64,000 nucleotides of DNA from Octopus sinensis (GCF_006345805.1 NC_043004.1:20584001-20648000), one strand, 5' to 3'; shown: positions 1 through 12,727, counted from the stretch's first letter. Notes: generated by a model not told the origin, from the sequence alone. Program-made: numbers and translations.

Positions 1-345
1 GAGAGAGTCCTTTTTTTGCCAACAGGGGTAGTAGCTCACTGAACTTCTTCCATCCTATTCTTATTCAAGAAACAATACTTACAGAGCATCACCACTATTA
101 TTAATTTGATCTCCTAAGTAGCAGAAACTATCTACTATCTCAAGAGAGCCTCCTTGGCATTTGCGAGAGTCTAAGTTCCACATGCTCCTAGTGCTTATTG
201 TTCCTGCACATCTGCCACATACAAAAGTGACCTTGTCTGCTAACCTACCCTGTGGTTCCACTGCATCTCTTTTGCGTCCATGTAGTGAAAAACCAGTTGT
301 AGAAACCACTCCAACGCAAATGCCGAAATACAAAAGACCCATCAT
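1..345 (-). mobile_element. Decayed RTE-clade LINE ORF fragment (end of PHD finger and downstream RT region)
   Basis: Minus-strand translation GRLADKVTFVCGRCAGTI...GGSLEIVDSFCYLGDQI matches GRLTRKMVFVCGRCSGTI...GEKLEIVDSFRYLGDQV of the RTE at 52428-53324; remnants of IGWKKFSELLPLL continue to base 1. Confidence 0.9.
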
Positions 346-2360
346 ATCCCATCAAACTATTCAATTTATTTTTTTTGTGGAACATGGACATTAATGATGA
401 TGAGAGAGAGAGAGAGAGTGTGTGGTGTGTGTGTGTGTGTGTGTGTGCGTGTGTATGTGTATGAGTGTGTGTGTGTGTTTGTAGTATAAGTTATGAATTC
501 AGAGAATTATGTGGCTATCACAGAAAGTTCCTCTTATGGACTCAGCTATTGGACCTCATAATAATCCAATACAGGGAATGTCTATGTAGCTAAAATCCAG
601 AAGATCTTACCAATGAAATTATTTCATGAGGAGTTCATAAACCCTAAAAAGTCAGGAGGCATGAGAGATGAATATATGTGTTTAATCACTTGACATTCTT
701 TGGATAATGGTTGTTTTGCAGCCTTCTACATGTAGTAATAACTTCAGTGTAGAATGAAATTATGTTCACATTAATATGCATGGTCAGTAGTTGAATCATT
801 GGGGGTAACCATGATGTTCTGCTGATCTGATGAGCTAGCTTTCTTTATTTGCATTGCTTTGTGAATATAAAATTGTTTGTATAATATGGAGGATAATTAT
901 TAATGCAAACATGTAAACATAATTTTATGCTGCACTGAAATTATAACTGCTTGAAGAAGACTTTGAAATAGCCATAATCCTAAGCTTGTCAAGTGATTAA
1001 ATAAATATATTCATTACTAATTCCCCCTGATTTTTTTTTTTTCATTGTTTACACACACATACACACACATATCTCTATGGTTTACAGTTCCATTATAGGT
1101 TGGCTCAGCAAAAAAGTATTCCATCCATTGAGTGATAAATGTAATTTAATATACACAATTACAAGTGCTATTTACAGTTTCATTCTTTAAGATAAATTTA
1201 ACTTGGTAGATTTATTTAACATGTCATGTATCTCCAAGCAATCTTTCATGTTCACTTCATAACGTTAGATGTATTTAAAAACCAGGATTCTGGTCTTTGA
1301 GAAAACATGATAAAAGAATGAGAAGAAAAAAATGCAAAGATTGATGCAAAAAGTGGAATGAAAAGAAAGTAAAGAAAAGTAAGAAAGACAAAACCTTTGT
1401 CTTCTGTTATATATATGAAGGATTTCTTTCGGTTTCTGTCAACAAACTTCAAATGCATGACTAAGGTTGGCCCTGTGCTTAAATAGAGGACACTTTCGCA
1501 AAACACTGCACAGTGAGATTGAACCTGAAGCAATATGGCTAGGAAGCGAACATTTTAACCATGAAGCTATTCCTGCACTTATTGTGTGTACATATTTCTA
1601 TACGCACAATCACACACACACACAGAGATATATGTGTATACACACACACATACACAAACATGCATACATGTACATACTTACAGACGTACAGACACACACA
1701 CACACACCTCCAGTGTAAGAGTTTAACATAGATAACTTTTAGTTTAACATTTTAGAGCAAGCATCCATTGTTGATATGGAAAAGAAGGAAGGTTTTCTAA
1801 TTGACATTGCTTTATGAAAACCATTAATGAAGATGTATGAAAAGCCTAGGTTTTCTCTGAAATGAATAGCCAGCAGTTCCCAATTGTTGTCTTTATATAG
1901 GGGCTGTTATGGGTGAGAGAGCAATAGGAGGAGGAGGAGAAGGTGGAGCAAATTTAGAATGACTGGATGGTAGGAAATTGCTTCTTGTTTTCTGTATCGT
2001 TTTGACTAAGTATTATGTTTAGAGAAGGCAAGAGTAAATATCTCTTGATAAAACAAGTATTGTTAAAGGAACAGATGTGTTGTTTTGAACAGGCAAAATG
2101 GCTGGCTTACAATTACAAACATTAAACCAGTTATTTTTACAGAATAGAACCAGTTGCACAAGTTATATCATGCTTTATTGATAGAGAATTCCAGAAATGG
2201 ATATTTGAGAAGAAATTAGATTTAAATTGTTGTGAAAGAAAATACTAATTTATTAGAGCAAAGAATGAGAGTGGGTAGAAGATAAAGGTACATGTTGTTG
2301 ATAAAGGAGATAATTTATGATTTTAAGAAGGTTTGAATAGAATTACAGCTAATCTCAGTC

Positions 2361-2778
2361 TCTCTTTTACTCTTTTACTCTTTTACTTGTTTCAGTCATT
2401 TGACTGCGGCCATGCTGGAGCACCGCCTTTATTCAAGCAGCTCGACCCCGGGACTTATTCCTTTTTGAAAGCCCAGTATTTATTCTATCGGTCTCTTTTG
2501 CCGAACTGCTAAGTAACGGGGACATAAACACACCAGCATCGGTTGTCAAGCAATGCTAGGGGGACAAACACAGACGCACAAACACGCACACGCATATATA
2601 TATATACATATATACGACGGGCTTCTTTCAGTTTCCGTCTGCCAAATTCACTCACAAGGCTTTGGTTGGCCTGAGGCTATAGAAGAAGACACTTGCCCAA
2701 GGTGCCACGCAGTGGGACTGAACCCGGAACCATGTGGTTGGTAAACAAGCTACTTACCACACAGCCACTCCTGCGTCT
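2361..2778 (-). mobile_element. tRNA-derived SINE family A, full-length copy
   Basis: Reverse complement of the copy at 55324-55743: head GCAGGAGTGGCTGTGTGGTAAG, B-box-like GGTTCAGTCCC, central microsatellite, (GTAAAAGA)n-like tail. Confidence 0.9.
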
Positions 2779-3109
2779 AGTTGTGAGCTTTATGTCAGAC
2801 TTTTAATCTGAAGTTTCATTGGTTCAAAACTTACTACACCTATAGCTTATTATTTATTTTAGTTAACACTGGTGTTTGACCAAAGGTCTGCTGTTCCAAT
2901 GTAGATGTATAAATATGTATATTCTAGCCTTGTCCTCTATGTTTTTATTCATCTTTTCAGAAAGAATCTAAGACTACATTATTCAATATGTCTTTTGTTT
3001 TTTGAGATAGCATATTTACATATTTATAAAATAAAGATGAAAATATCCATGACTGCTCTCATAGGTCTCTTGGATTAGGAATGATCTCTGGTTAATCAGC
3101 TCATTTTAA

Positions 3110-3184
3110 TGCTGCTGCTGCTGCTGCGACTACTACTACTACTACTACTAGTAATACTACTACTACTACTACTACTACTAGTAA

Positions 3185-3242
<58 letters not shown>

Positions 3243-3295
3243 ACTACTACTACTGCTGCTGCTGCTGCTACTGCTGCTGCTTCTACTACTACCAC
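3110..3295. repeat. Compound trinucleotide repeat (GCT)n/(ACT)n
   Basis: Alternating CTG and CTA blocks with two AGTAAT interruptions; the poly-Leu/poly-Val ORFs here are artefacts. Confidence 0.95.
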
Positions 3296-3510
3296 AGGTG
3301 TCAGATTATGAAATATTGACAACTATTTCTTTGCCTGATACTATTGATAATTTACTGTTCAGTAAGGAGCCAATAACTGTTAACTACTAACTAATGTAGT
3401 TAGTTCTAAAACAACAGGATGGGCATGACGGAACTGCCTAAAGATTATAGCTCAGCCCAATTAGGCTTGGCTGGGATGAAATATATATATATATAATGAG
3501 GCTAGAGAGT

Positions 3511-3830
3511 GATGGCACGTGGCTTAGTGGTTAGAGTATTTGGCTCATGACCATAACGTCATGAGCTTGATTATTAGCAGCACACCATGTCCTTGAGTAA
3601 GACACTTTATTTCACATTGCTTCAGTCCACTAAGCTGGCAAAGGTGAGTAGTACATGTATTTCAAAAGGGCCAGCCTTGTCACATTCTGTGTCATACTGA
3701 AACTCAATGAGAACTATGTTAAGGTCTGTGGAGTGTTCAACCACTTGCACATTAATTTCATGTGCAGGCTATTCTGTTGATCAGATCAACTGGAACCCTC
3801 ATTGTCGTAACCTACAGAGTGCCAGTTATG
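3511..3830 (+). mobile_element. tRNA-derived SINE family C
   Basis: Head GGCACGTGGCTTAGTGGTTAG then TCCTTGAGTAAGACACTT and CAGTCCACTAAGCTGG; the same head and core occur at 22623 and 45127. Confidence 0.75.
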
Positions 3831-4507
3831 AGAATATTTATAGATATGTAATGAGGCTATACATATGGTTCCACACTAAGGGATCAAATCTAAAACAACA
3901 TCATTGCAAAGCATAGAAAACTTCTTGGCCACACTGTTATACATTTCTATAAGAGTCCAAACAAACTGCAATGTCTCTTACACCATACATTTCACAAAAT
4001 TTTTGATATCAGAAACAACAGGATAGAGTTCCACTTTCATAAATTTATTGGATTTTTAAAATGTATTTGTGTCTGTGATTATTTTGATTTTGTGTAGAGA
4101 TTCTTTTTGTCTGTCTTCCTGTAGACCCAAAAATACAAACATAGATTTCCAAGTGTAAGTGATGTCACAAAATTAAGAGACTCAATTTCAGATAAAATTT
4201 CAGTTTTGAATTCATAGCTTCAGATAGGATTGTTTTTTACTGGAAAACTTTTTATCAGTACCAGCAAAGTAACTTTTATAGACTTCAAACTTCTAATCAG
4301 ACATGTTATTGTACTTAAACAGAAAAGAATTTTACAAAAACCATCATTCCTCTAAGAAGATCTTGTTAGATTTTTAATAATATTCAAAAATCACCAGTCT
4401 TGTATTCAAGCTCAAACCTGATTATGTTAAGAAGAAAATATAAAAGTACTATATCTAGCTATTTACCAGTCGAGTGTGTATGAATGTCTACATGCAGGTG
4501 CATATAC

Positions 4508-4538
<31 letters not shown>

Positions 4539-4547
4539 AGTGTATAT

Positions 4548-5715
4548 CATCATCATCATCATCATCATTTAACGTCCGCTTTCCATGCTAGCATGGGTTG
4601 GACGGTTCAACTGGGGTCTGGGGAGCCCGAAAGCTGCACCAGTCCAGTCAGATCTGGCAGTGTTTCTACAGCTGGATGCCCTTCCTAACGCCAACCACTC
4701 CGAGAGTGTAGTGGGTGATTTTATGTGCCACCGACACAGGTGCCAGACGAGGCTGGCAAACGGCCATGCTCGGATGGTGTTTTTTATGTGCCACCGACAC
4801 AGGTGCCAGACGAGGCTGGCAGACGGCCACGCTCGGATGGTGTTTTTTATGTGCCACTGACACAGGTGCCAGATGAGGCTGGCAAACGGCCACGATCGGA
4901 TGGTGCTTGTTACGTGCCCACAGCACGGAGGCCAGTCGATGCGGTACTGGCTACGGCCACGTTCGGATGGTTTTCTTGTGTGCCACGTGCCACCGGCACT
5001 GGTACCACAAGGATACAAATTCCATTGATGTTCATCTATTTTGATTTGTTTTGATTTGATTTTCACTTGCCTCAACAGGTCTTCACAAGTGTCACAAGAA
5101 GGAAGGTATGCACAGGTGGACTGACTACATCCCAGGTAGGGGCCATGGGTTATGGCCTGACTAGTCTTGCCGGGTCTTCGGATGGCGTTTTTATGTGCCA
5201 CCGACACAGGTGCTAGATGAGGCTGGCGAACGGCCACGATCGGATGGGGTTTGTCATGTGCCCACCGCACTGACTACAGCACTGATGGATTTCTTGTGTG
5301 CCACAGGCACTGGTACCACAAGATACAAATTCCATTGATGTTCATCTATTTGTCTATTTTGATTTGATTTGATTTGATTTGATTTTCACTTGCCTCAACC
5401 GGTCTTCACAGGTGTCACAAGAGGAAGGTATGCACAGGTGGACTGACTAGTCTTGCCGGGTCTTCGGAAGGTGTTTTTATGTGCCACCGACACAGGTGCC
5501 AGATGAGGCTGGCGAACGGCCATGATCGGATGGTGTTTGTTACGTGCCCACAGCACGGAAGCCGGTCGATGCGGAACTGGCTACGGCTACGTTCGGATGG
5601 TTCTCTTGTGTGCCACCGGCACTGGTACCACAAGTGTGTGCCACCGGCACTGGTACCACAAGATACAGATTCCATTGATGTTCATCTATTTTGATTTGTT
5701 TTGATTTGATTTTGA
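4548..5715 (-). mobile_element. Concatemer of RTE 3'-UTR segments ending in the RTE terminus and (GAT)n tail
   Basis: 4548-4720 is the reverse complement of the RTE terminus at 53750-53936. Upstream are 63-bp subrepeats and three larger units (marker GATACAAATTCCATTGATG at 5012, 5322, 5662). Confidence 0.9.
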
Positions 5716-5751
5716 TTTATATATATATATATATATAATATATATATATAT

Positions 5752-5811
<60 letters not shown>

Positions 5812-6299
5812 TCATAAATGGATTTTAGTTCCACTTTTATACTGATAAATATGTATATAGTTGATACAATTACCCCAGGATAGAATGTCATTCATTCACA
5901 GCTGATATCTCCAGAAGGTCTGCTTCCTTTTCCTGTAGGTAACATTAACTGATCTGTATTAATTTAATATACATAGACCCATATATGCATCGATAGTTAC
6001 ATACATAGATTCTTAGATACATGTATGAATGCATACAATCTTACATATATGCATACAAATATATACATAGGTTCTCCAGGCTCTATCAGAAGAGTTTAAG
6101 ATAATTGTCTGTGAGAACGTCTGTATGCCAATGGCTAGTTTTCATGGCTGAATATATTGAAGGATTGTGGGGGAAATTTCAACTTTGGAATTAATGTCTT
6201 GAATTGTAAGAATTCTAAGTAAACTTAGAAAAAGCAAAATTTTGGGCAACAGAAAAGGAAACAAGATTCTGAAGGGAAACAGCTATGTTAAATACCTAG

Positions 6300-6575
6300 A
6301 TTGAGCAAAGGGCACCAGCCTGGAAGGTGTTCTACTTAAGACATAACTGAATTGGACAGGGCATGTTGACAGGATGAAAGACCACTGCCTACCCAAGATT
6401 ATCATGTTCGGTGAGCTCACCACCAGCCACTGCAACAGTAGGGTACCAAGGAAGCATTACAAGGACTGCCTGAAGCAGTCCCTTAATATTTGTGACATTG
6501 ATTATCATGAGTGGTCCACTCTCACGGCTGACTATGTTGCTTGGTGCCATACCATTAGCGATGTTGTTTACTGAC
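6300..6575 (+). mobile_element. RTE/BovB-like LINE C-terminal ORF remnant (second RTE lineage)
   Basis: Translation [W]TGHVDRMKDHCLPKIIMFGEL...PRKHYKDCLKQSL...W matches the RTE RWAGHVxRMxDxRLPKxxxYGEL...KRYKDxLK motif. Confidence 0.8.
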
Positions 6576-6715
6576 GTGATGTTTTAACCATATCGCACAT
6601 GGAATTAAGAAGCGGGTATTTTAAACTGGTCATGTTGCATACGTGCATATATATGTATATATAAATTCATATATGTAAGTATTTGTATGTTGTATGTATA
6701 TATACATATATATAT

Positions 6716-7005
6716 AATTGCAGCGTGGAAGGTGTTTATAAGCCATTTAAGAAACACACAAAAGCCGTTCGATTCACTTCAACATTTAAGTTTAATTTGT
6801 CAAAATATTTTCGTCGCTAAAATCCGCGACCTGTTCACTGACAAAGCGACGAAAATATTTTGACAAATTAAACTTAAATGTTGAAGTGAATCGAACGGCT
6901 TTTGTGTGTTTCTTAAATGGCTTATAAACACCTTCCACGCTGCAATTGTTTTCGTTTCAGCACACGATCTCAGATCAAATTACTTGTTATGCGAGTACAT
7001 CACCA
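6716..7005. repeat. Fold-back element: perfect 103-bp inverted repeat (6716-6818 / 6845-6947), 26-bp spacer and ~58-bp unique tail, set in (TA)n
   Basis: Arms are exact reverse complements by inspection; TA runs flank both sides. Confidence 0.9.
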
Positions 7006-7052
7006 TATATATATATATATATATGTATGTATTTATGTTTCTTTCTACGTAT

Positions 7053-7112
7053 ATTCCACTGATGAGGCAAAGCATTTCTAAATAACAAAGCCAGAAATCT
7101 GGGATCTGGAAT
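7053..7112 (+). ncRNA. Candidate type I hammerhead ribozyme motif (Penelope-type remnant)
   Basis: ATTCCA-CTGATGA-GGC...GCC-A-GAAA-TC TGG GA-TC-TGGAAT: stems I, II and III can all pair; extra A before GAAA. Confidence 0.45.
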
Positions 7113-7359
7113 CATCCAGTAATTTTTTGCTAGTTTTATTTTGTCTTTTTGTCTTCTCTCCTTGTGCTATATGAACACTTAATGTGGTCTTAGAGTCAGA
7201 TCCTGACTGCTATTTTCAGCATGGTGGTATCTCTTAGATACCCTAAGTTATAATTTTAATAATAATTATTACCTTTGAAGGTTTTTATTTCCATGCTGGC
7301 CACATGATAAGATCGTTATTTAATTTTAATTAACAATCTTACCCTTATATATATATACA

Positions 7360-7513
7360 TGACTGGTTTCTTTCAGTTTCTGTCTACCAGATCCACTCAC
7401 AAGGCTTTGTTCAGCCTGAGGCTATAGTAGAAGACACTTACCCAAGATGCCATGCAGTGGGACTGAATACAGAACCATATGGTTGGTAAGCAAGCTACTT
7501 ACCACACAGCCAC
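7360..7513 (-). mobile_element. SINE family A, 5' portion only
   Basis: Reverse complement of the head and CORE-like region of SINE A. Confidence 0.85.
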
Positions 7514-8620
7514 AATCATAAAACAGCTCAGTTGCACTGTACACACTTCTGCTATGTCAAGCATTACTGATTTGTAGACTATTGTTGAATGGTTGTTGTG
7601 GCATATAAGCAGCAGTGGCCAAAGAGTATTTTTTAAAAAGTAAAAATTGTCATGCCCAAGTACTATTCAATTCAAATATATACAATGTAGAGGTATGCTT
7701 ACCTAATAACTGATCCAATGGTTCAATATCTAGAAGGAAAACTTTTCATACCTATGATCCAAACTTTTGACCAAGTAATAATGTGTTGCAAATTAAATAT
7801 AAATTTTGAGCATTTGATATAAAATTCTAATTTCCAGACTATGTTCCAAAATTTTAGCCACGACTGTAGAACTGCTTATTGGCTTAGTACATTGTGAAGA
7901 TTGTCTCACCATCCTTCATTGACAAGACCGAGCAGGCAGTGTTCCTTAGTTTTGTGGCTATGGCATAGGAGGTCTTGCAATGGGTGAGTTGAAATGACTG
8001 CAGGCAGGCACCTTCCTCTTCAATCAAACATTCATCAATTTTTGAGTTCCATTTGGAAAGAAAATGAAAGTAGAGAGACACACTCTCTGCTAGTGAATTG
8101 TCAAAAGACGGATGACTCTGGCGAAAACAATATAGGGGAACTGAACAACCTTAAGCATGCACCTATTGATTGGCGCACATGAGTTGAGTGAAAACTCGCA
8201 TTGTTAGTGGTCAGGGTAATCCAGAAACGGTGGAGTTACTTGGGATCGCCTAGAAAACATTGCTTCATGTTTGCATTTACATATTTTGTATCGTGCGTAT
8301 AAATTTTTTATCTCATTTCTCCTCATTTATTTTTTATATAAACCCCCACACAAATATATCCTTCTAGTCCTCCTCATCAGATGCCCTGTTGCATATAAAG
8401 GAAATCATCGTTATAATTATTTATACAAGTAACAGATAAGCATATGTATTACCCTATAAATCTAATCTAAGGCAAAGTATTTCTGATTTAAATTGCCCCA
8501 TAAACAATTTAAAATTAATTATAATCCTTAGAACTATGACAATATGCATATATGGATAAACTAGAACAGAATAGAGAAATACGGAACATATTATAGAAAG
8601 TGATTTTATATATATATGTA

Positions 8621-11600
8621 TGTTTGTGTACTTCGATCGTTATGACTGAGGGCTTCGAATGTCCCGTCCTGTGGTTCTTGTGTCGTCTCTGTGGTGTTTC
8701 ATGTTCTTGTCCATGTCTGTATTTAATTTTACTGTTTACCTATATAATCGGCGGCTACGTATCCACAATTGTCCTTATACGATAAGTATATTTTTTCTCA
8801 AGCTTTGATACGACTCTTAATCTGTCTCTTTTTCTCTCTCTCTCCCTCCTCCCTTATTCCACTTCCGTTCTTTCCTCTCCATCCGTCCCCCCCCTTTCTA
8901 CGTTTCTCTATCTCTCTCACCTCCAGCCCCCTCGATCTGTCTCTTTCTTCTCCTCCCTCGTCCACCTTCTCTCCCTTTTCATCTGTCCCTTTCTCCTGTC
9001 TTTTGTTCTCACGTGACAGCTAGCCGCTGTTGAGCGCTCTTTTCGTTTTCAGCAGCCTCAGAAGCAACACGGATTTGTTCGTCTCCCCGTGGCCTTTAGG
9101 CACAACTTCACAAGCCAGCCCCTACTCAAATCGTCCTGTCGAAAGACCCTTGTCCTACGTCCTGGTTTTGTTTTGTTGTTTATTTTTTATTTTCACCGTT
9201 ATTGTTTTTACGTTTTTGTATTCTTATTGGTGTCACGTATTCTGTATTTTTGTTTGTGTACTTCGATCGTTATGACTGAGGGCTTCGAATGTCCCGTCCT
9301 GTGGTTCTTGTGTCGTCTCTGTGGTGTTCATGTTCTTGTCCATGTCTGTATTTAATTTTACTGTTTACCTATATAATCGGCGGCTACGTATCCACAATTG
9401 TCCTTATACGATAAGTATATTTTTTTCTCAAGCTTTGATACGACTCTTAATCTGTCTCTTTTTCTCTCTCTCTCCCTCCTCCCTTATTCCACTTCCGTTC
9501 TTTCCCTCTCCATCCGTCCCCCCCCCTTTCTACGTTTCTCTATCTCTCTCACCTCCAGCCCCCTCGATCTGTCTCTTTCTTCTCCTCCCTCGTCCACCTT
9601 CTCTCCCTTTTCATCTGTCCCTTTCTCCTGTCTTTTGTTCTCACGTGACAGCTAGCCGCTGTTGAGCGCTCTTTTCGTTTTCAGCAGCCTCAGAAGCAAC
9701 ACGGATTTGTTCGTCTCCCCGTGGCCTTTAGGCACAACTTCACAAGCCAGCCCCTACTCAAATCGTCCTGTCGAAAGACCCTTGTCCTACGTCCTGGTTT
9801 TGTTTTGTTGTTTATTTTTTATTTTCACCGTTATTGTTTTTACGTTTTTGTATTCTTATTGGTGTCACGTATTCTGTATTTTTGTTTGTGTACTTCGATC
9901 GTTATGACTGAGGGCTTCGAATGTCCCGTCCTGTGGTTTTGTGTCGTCTCTGTGGTGTTTCATGTTCTTGTCCATGTCTGTATTTAATTTTACTGTTTAC
10001 CTATATAATCGGCGGCTACGTATCCACAATTGTCCTTATACGATAAGTATATTTTTTTCTCAAGCTTTGATACGACTCTTAATCTGTCTCTTTTTCTCTC
10101 TCTCTCCCTCCTCCCTTATTCCACTTCCGTTCTTTCCCTCTCCATCCGTCCCCCCCCCCCTTTCTACGTTCTCTATCTCTCTCACCTCCAGCCCCCTCGA
10201 TCTGTCTCTTTCTTCTCCTCCTCGTCCACCTTCTCTCCCTTTTCATCTGTCCCTTCTCCTGTCTTTTGTTCTCACGTGACAGCTAGCCGCTGTTGAGCGC
10301 TCTTTTCGTTTTCAGCAGCCTCAGAAGCAACACGGATTTGTTCGTCTCCCCGTGGCCTTTAGGCACAACTTCACAAGCCAGCCCCTACTCAAATCGTCCT
10401 GTCGAAAGACCCTTGTCCTACGTCCTGGTTTTGTTTTGTTGTTTATTTTTTATTTTCACCGTTATTGTTTTTACGTTTTTGTATTCTTATTGGTGTCACG
10501 TATTCTGTATTTTTGTTTGTGTACTTCGATCGTTATGACTGAGGGCTTCGAATGTCCCGTCCTGTGGTTCTTGTGTCGTCTCTGTGGTGTTTCATGTTCT
10601 TGTCCATGTCTGTATTTAATTTTACTGTTTACCTATATAATCGGCGGCTACGTATCCACAATTGTCCTTATACGATAAGTATATTTTTTTCTCAAGCTTT
10701 GATACGACTCTTAATCTGTCTCTTTTTCTCTCTCTCTCCCTCCTCCCTTATTCCACTTCCGTTCTTTCCCTCTCCATCCGTCCCCCCCCCTTTCTACGTT
10801 TCTCTATCTCTCTCACCTCCAGCCCCCTCGATCTGTCTCTTTCTTCTCCTCCCTCGTCCACCTTCTCTCCCTTTTCATCTGTCCCTTTCTCCTGTCTTTT
10901 GTTCTCACGTGACAGCTAGCCGCTGTTGAGCGCTCTTTTCGTTTTCAGCAGCCTCAGAAGCAACACGGATTTGTTCGTCTCCCCGTGGCCTTTAGGCACA
11001 ACTTCACAAGCCAGCCCCTACTCAAATCGTCCTGTCGAAAGACCCTTGTCCTACGTCCTGGTTTTGTTTTGTTGTTTATTTTTTATTTTCACCGTTATTG
11101 TTTTTACGTTTTTGTATTCTTATTGGTGTCACGTATTCTGTATTTTTGTTTGTGTACTTCGATCGTTATGACTGAGGGCTTCGAATGTCCCGTCCTGTGG
11201 TTCTTGTGTCGTCTCTGTGGTGTTTCATGTTCTTGTCCATGTCTGTATTTAATTTTACTGTTTACCTATATAATCGGCGGCTACGTATCCACAATTGTCC
11301 TTATACGATAAGTATATTTTTTTCTCAAGCTTTGATACGACTCTTAATCTGTCTCTTTTTCTCTCTCTCTCCCTCCTCCCTTATTCCACTTCCGTTCTTT
11401 CCCTCTCCATCCGTCCCCCCCCCCCTTTCTACGTTTCTCTATCTCTCTCACCTCCAGCCCCCTCGATCTGTCTCTTTCTTCTCCTCCCTCGTCCACCTTC
11501 TCTCCCTTTTCATCTGTCCCTTTCTCCTGTCTTTTGTTCTCACGTGACAGCTAGCCGCTGTTGAGCGCTCTTTTCGTTTTCAGCAGCCTCAGAAGCAACA

Positions 11601-12533
11601 CGGATTTGTTCGTCTCCCCGTGGCCTTTAGGCACAACTTCACAAGCCAGCCCCTACTCAAATCGTCCTGTCGAAAGACCCTTGTCCTACGTCCTGGTTTT
11701 GTTTTGTTGTTTATTTTTTATTTTCACCGTTATTGTTTTTACGTTTTTGTATTCTTATTGGTGTCACGTATTCTGTATTTTTGTTTGTGTACTTCGATCG
11801 TTATGACTGAGGGCTTCGAATGTCCCGTCCTGTGGTTCTTGTGTCGTCTCTGTGGTGTTTCATGTTCTTGTCCATGTCTGTATTTAATTTTACTGTTTAC
11901 CTATATAATCGGCGGCTACGTATCCACAATTGTCCTTATACGATAAGTATATTTTTTTCTCAAGCTTTGATACGACTCTTAATCTGTCTCTTTTTCTCTC
12001 TCTCCCTCCTCCCTTATTCCACTTCCGTTCTTTCCCTCTCCATCCGTCCCCCCCCCTTTCTACGTTTCTCTATCTCTCTCACCTCCAGCCCCCTCGATCT
12101 GTCTCTTTCTTCTCCTCCCTCGTCCACCTTCTCTCCCTTTTCATCTGTCCCTTTCTCCTGTCTTTTGTTCTCACGTGACAGCTAGCCGCTGTTGAGCGCT
12201 CTTTTCGTTTTCAGCAGCCTCAGAAGCAACACGGATTTGTTCGTCTCCCCGTGGCCTTTAGGCACAACTTCACAAGCCAGCCCCTACTCAAATCGTCCTG
12301 TCGAAAGACCCTTGTCCTACGTCCTGGTTTTGTTTTGTTGTTTATTTTTTATTTTCACCGTTATTGTTTTTACGTTTTTGTATTCTTATTGGTGTCACGT
12401 ATTCTGTATTTTTGTTTGTGTACTTCGATCGTTATGACTGAGGGCTTCGAATGTCCCGTCCTGTGGTTCTTGTGTCGTCTCTGTGGTGTTTCATGTTCTT
12501 GTCCATGTCTGTATTTAATTTTACTGTTTACCT
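8621..12533. repeat. Tandem array of a ~632-bp monomer, 6 full units plus ~121 bp
   Basis: TGTTTGTGTACTTCGATCG recurs at 8621, 9251, 9883, 10514, 11147, 11782 and 12413; both ends abut (TA)n. Confidence 0.98.
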
Positions 12534-12687
12534 ATATATATATATATATATATATATTATTTTTCATCAAGGACAATATATTGTGATATGTATTGATAAA
12601 CTGGGAGACGCATTTCTTCAGCCAATGCAAAATTGACTGATTCTCAGTGGTATGGTGTATGTGTGTGTAATATGATAGCTGATGGTC

Positions 12688-12727
<40 letters not shown>

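Noticed and set aside
820-845. CTGATGA-GCTAGC as a hammerhead core
   Set aside because: No GAAA strand or stem I partner nearby.
1790-2350. Possible antisense CR1/L2 ORF remnant
   Set aside because: Too decayed to identify any motif with confidence.
3101-3390. Poly-Leu/poly-Val membrane protein or polyQ exon
   Set aside because: Pure trinucleotide microsatellite with no credible splice context.
8621-12533. CRISPR array or rDNA/5S/snRNA/tRNA gene cluster
   Set aside because: No repeat-spacer alternation, and no recognisable rRNA, 5S, Sm-site or cloverleaf sequence in the monomer by eye.
9030-12586. Repeated 81-125-aa ORFs in the tandem array as a multicopy gene
   Set aside because: ORFs change frame with homopolymer indels between units, are F/L/S-biased from pyrimidine tracts and have no recognisable motif.
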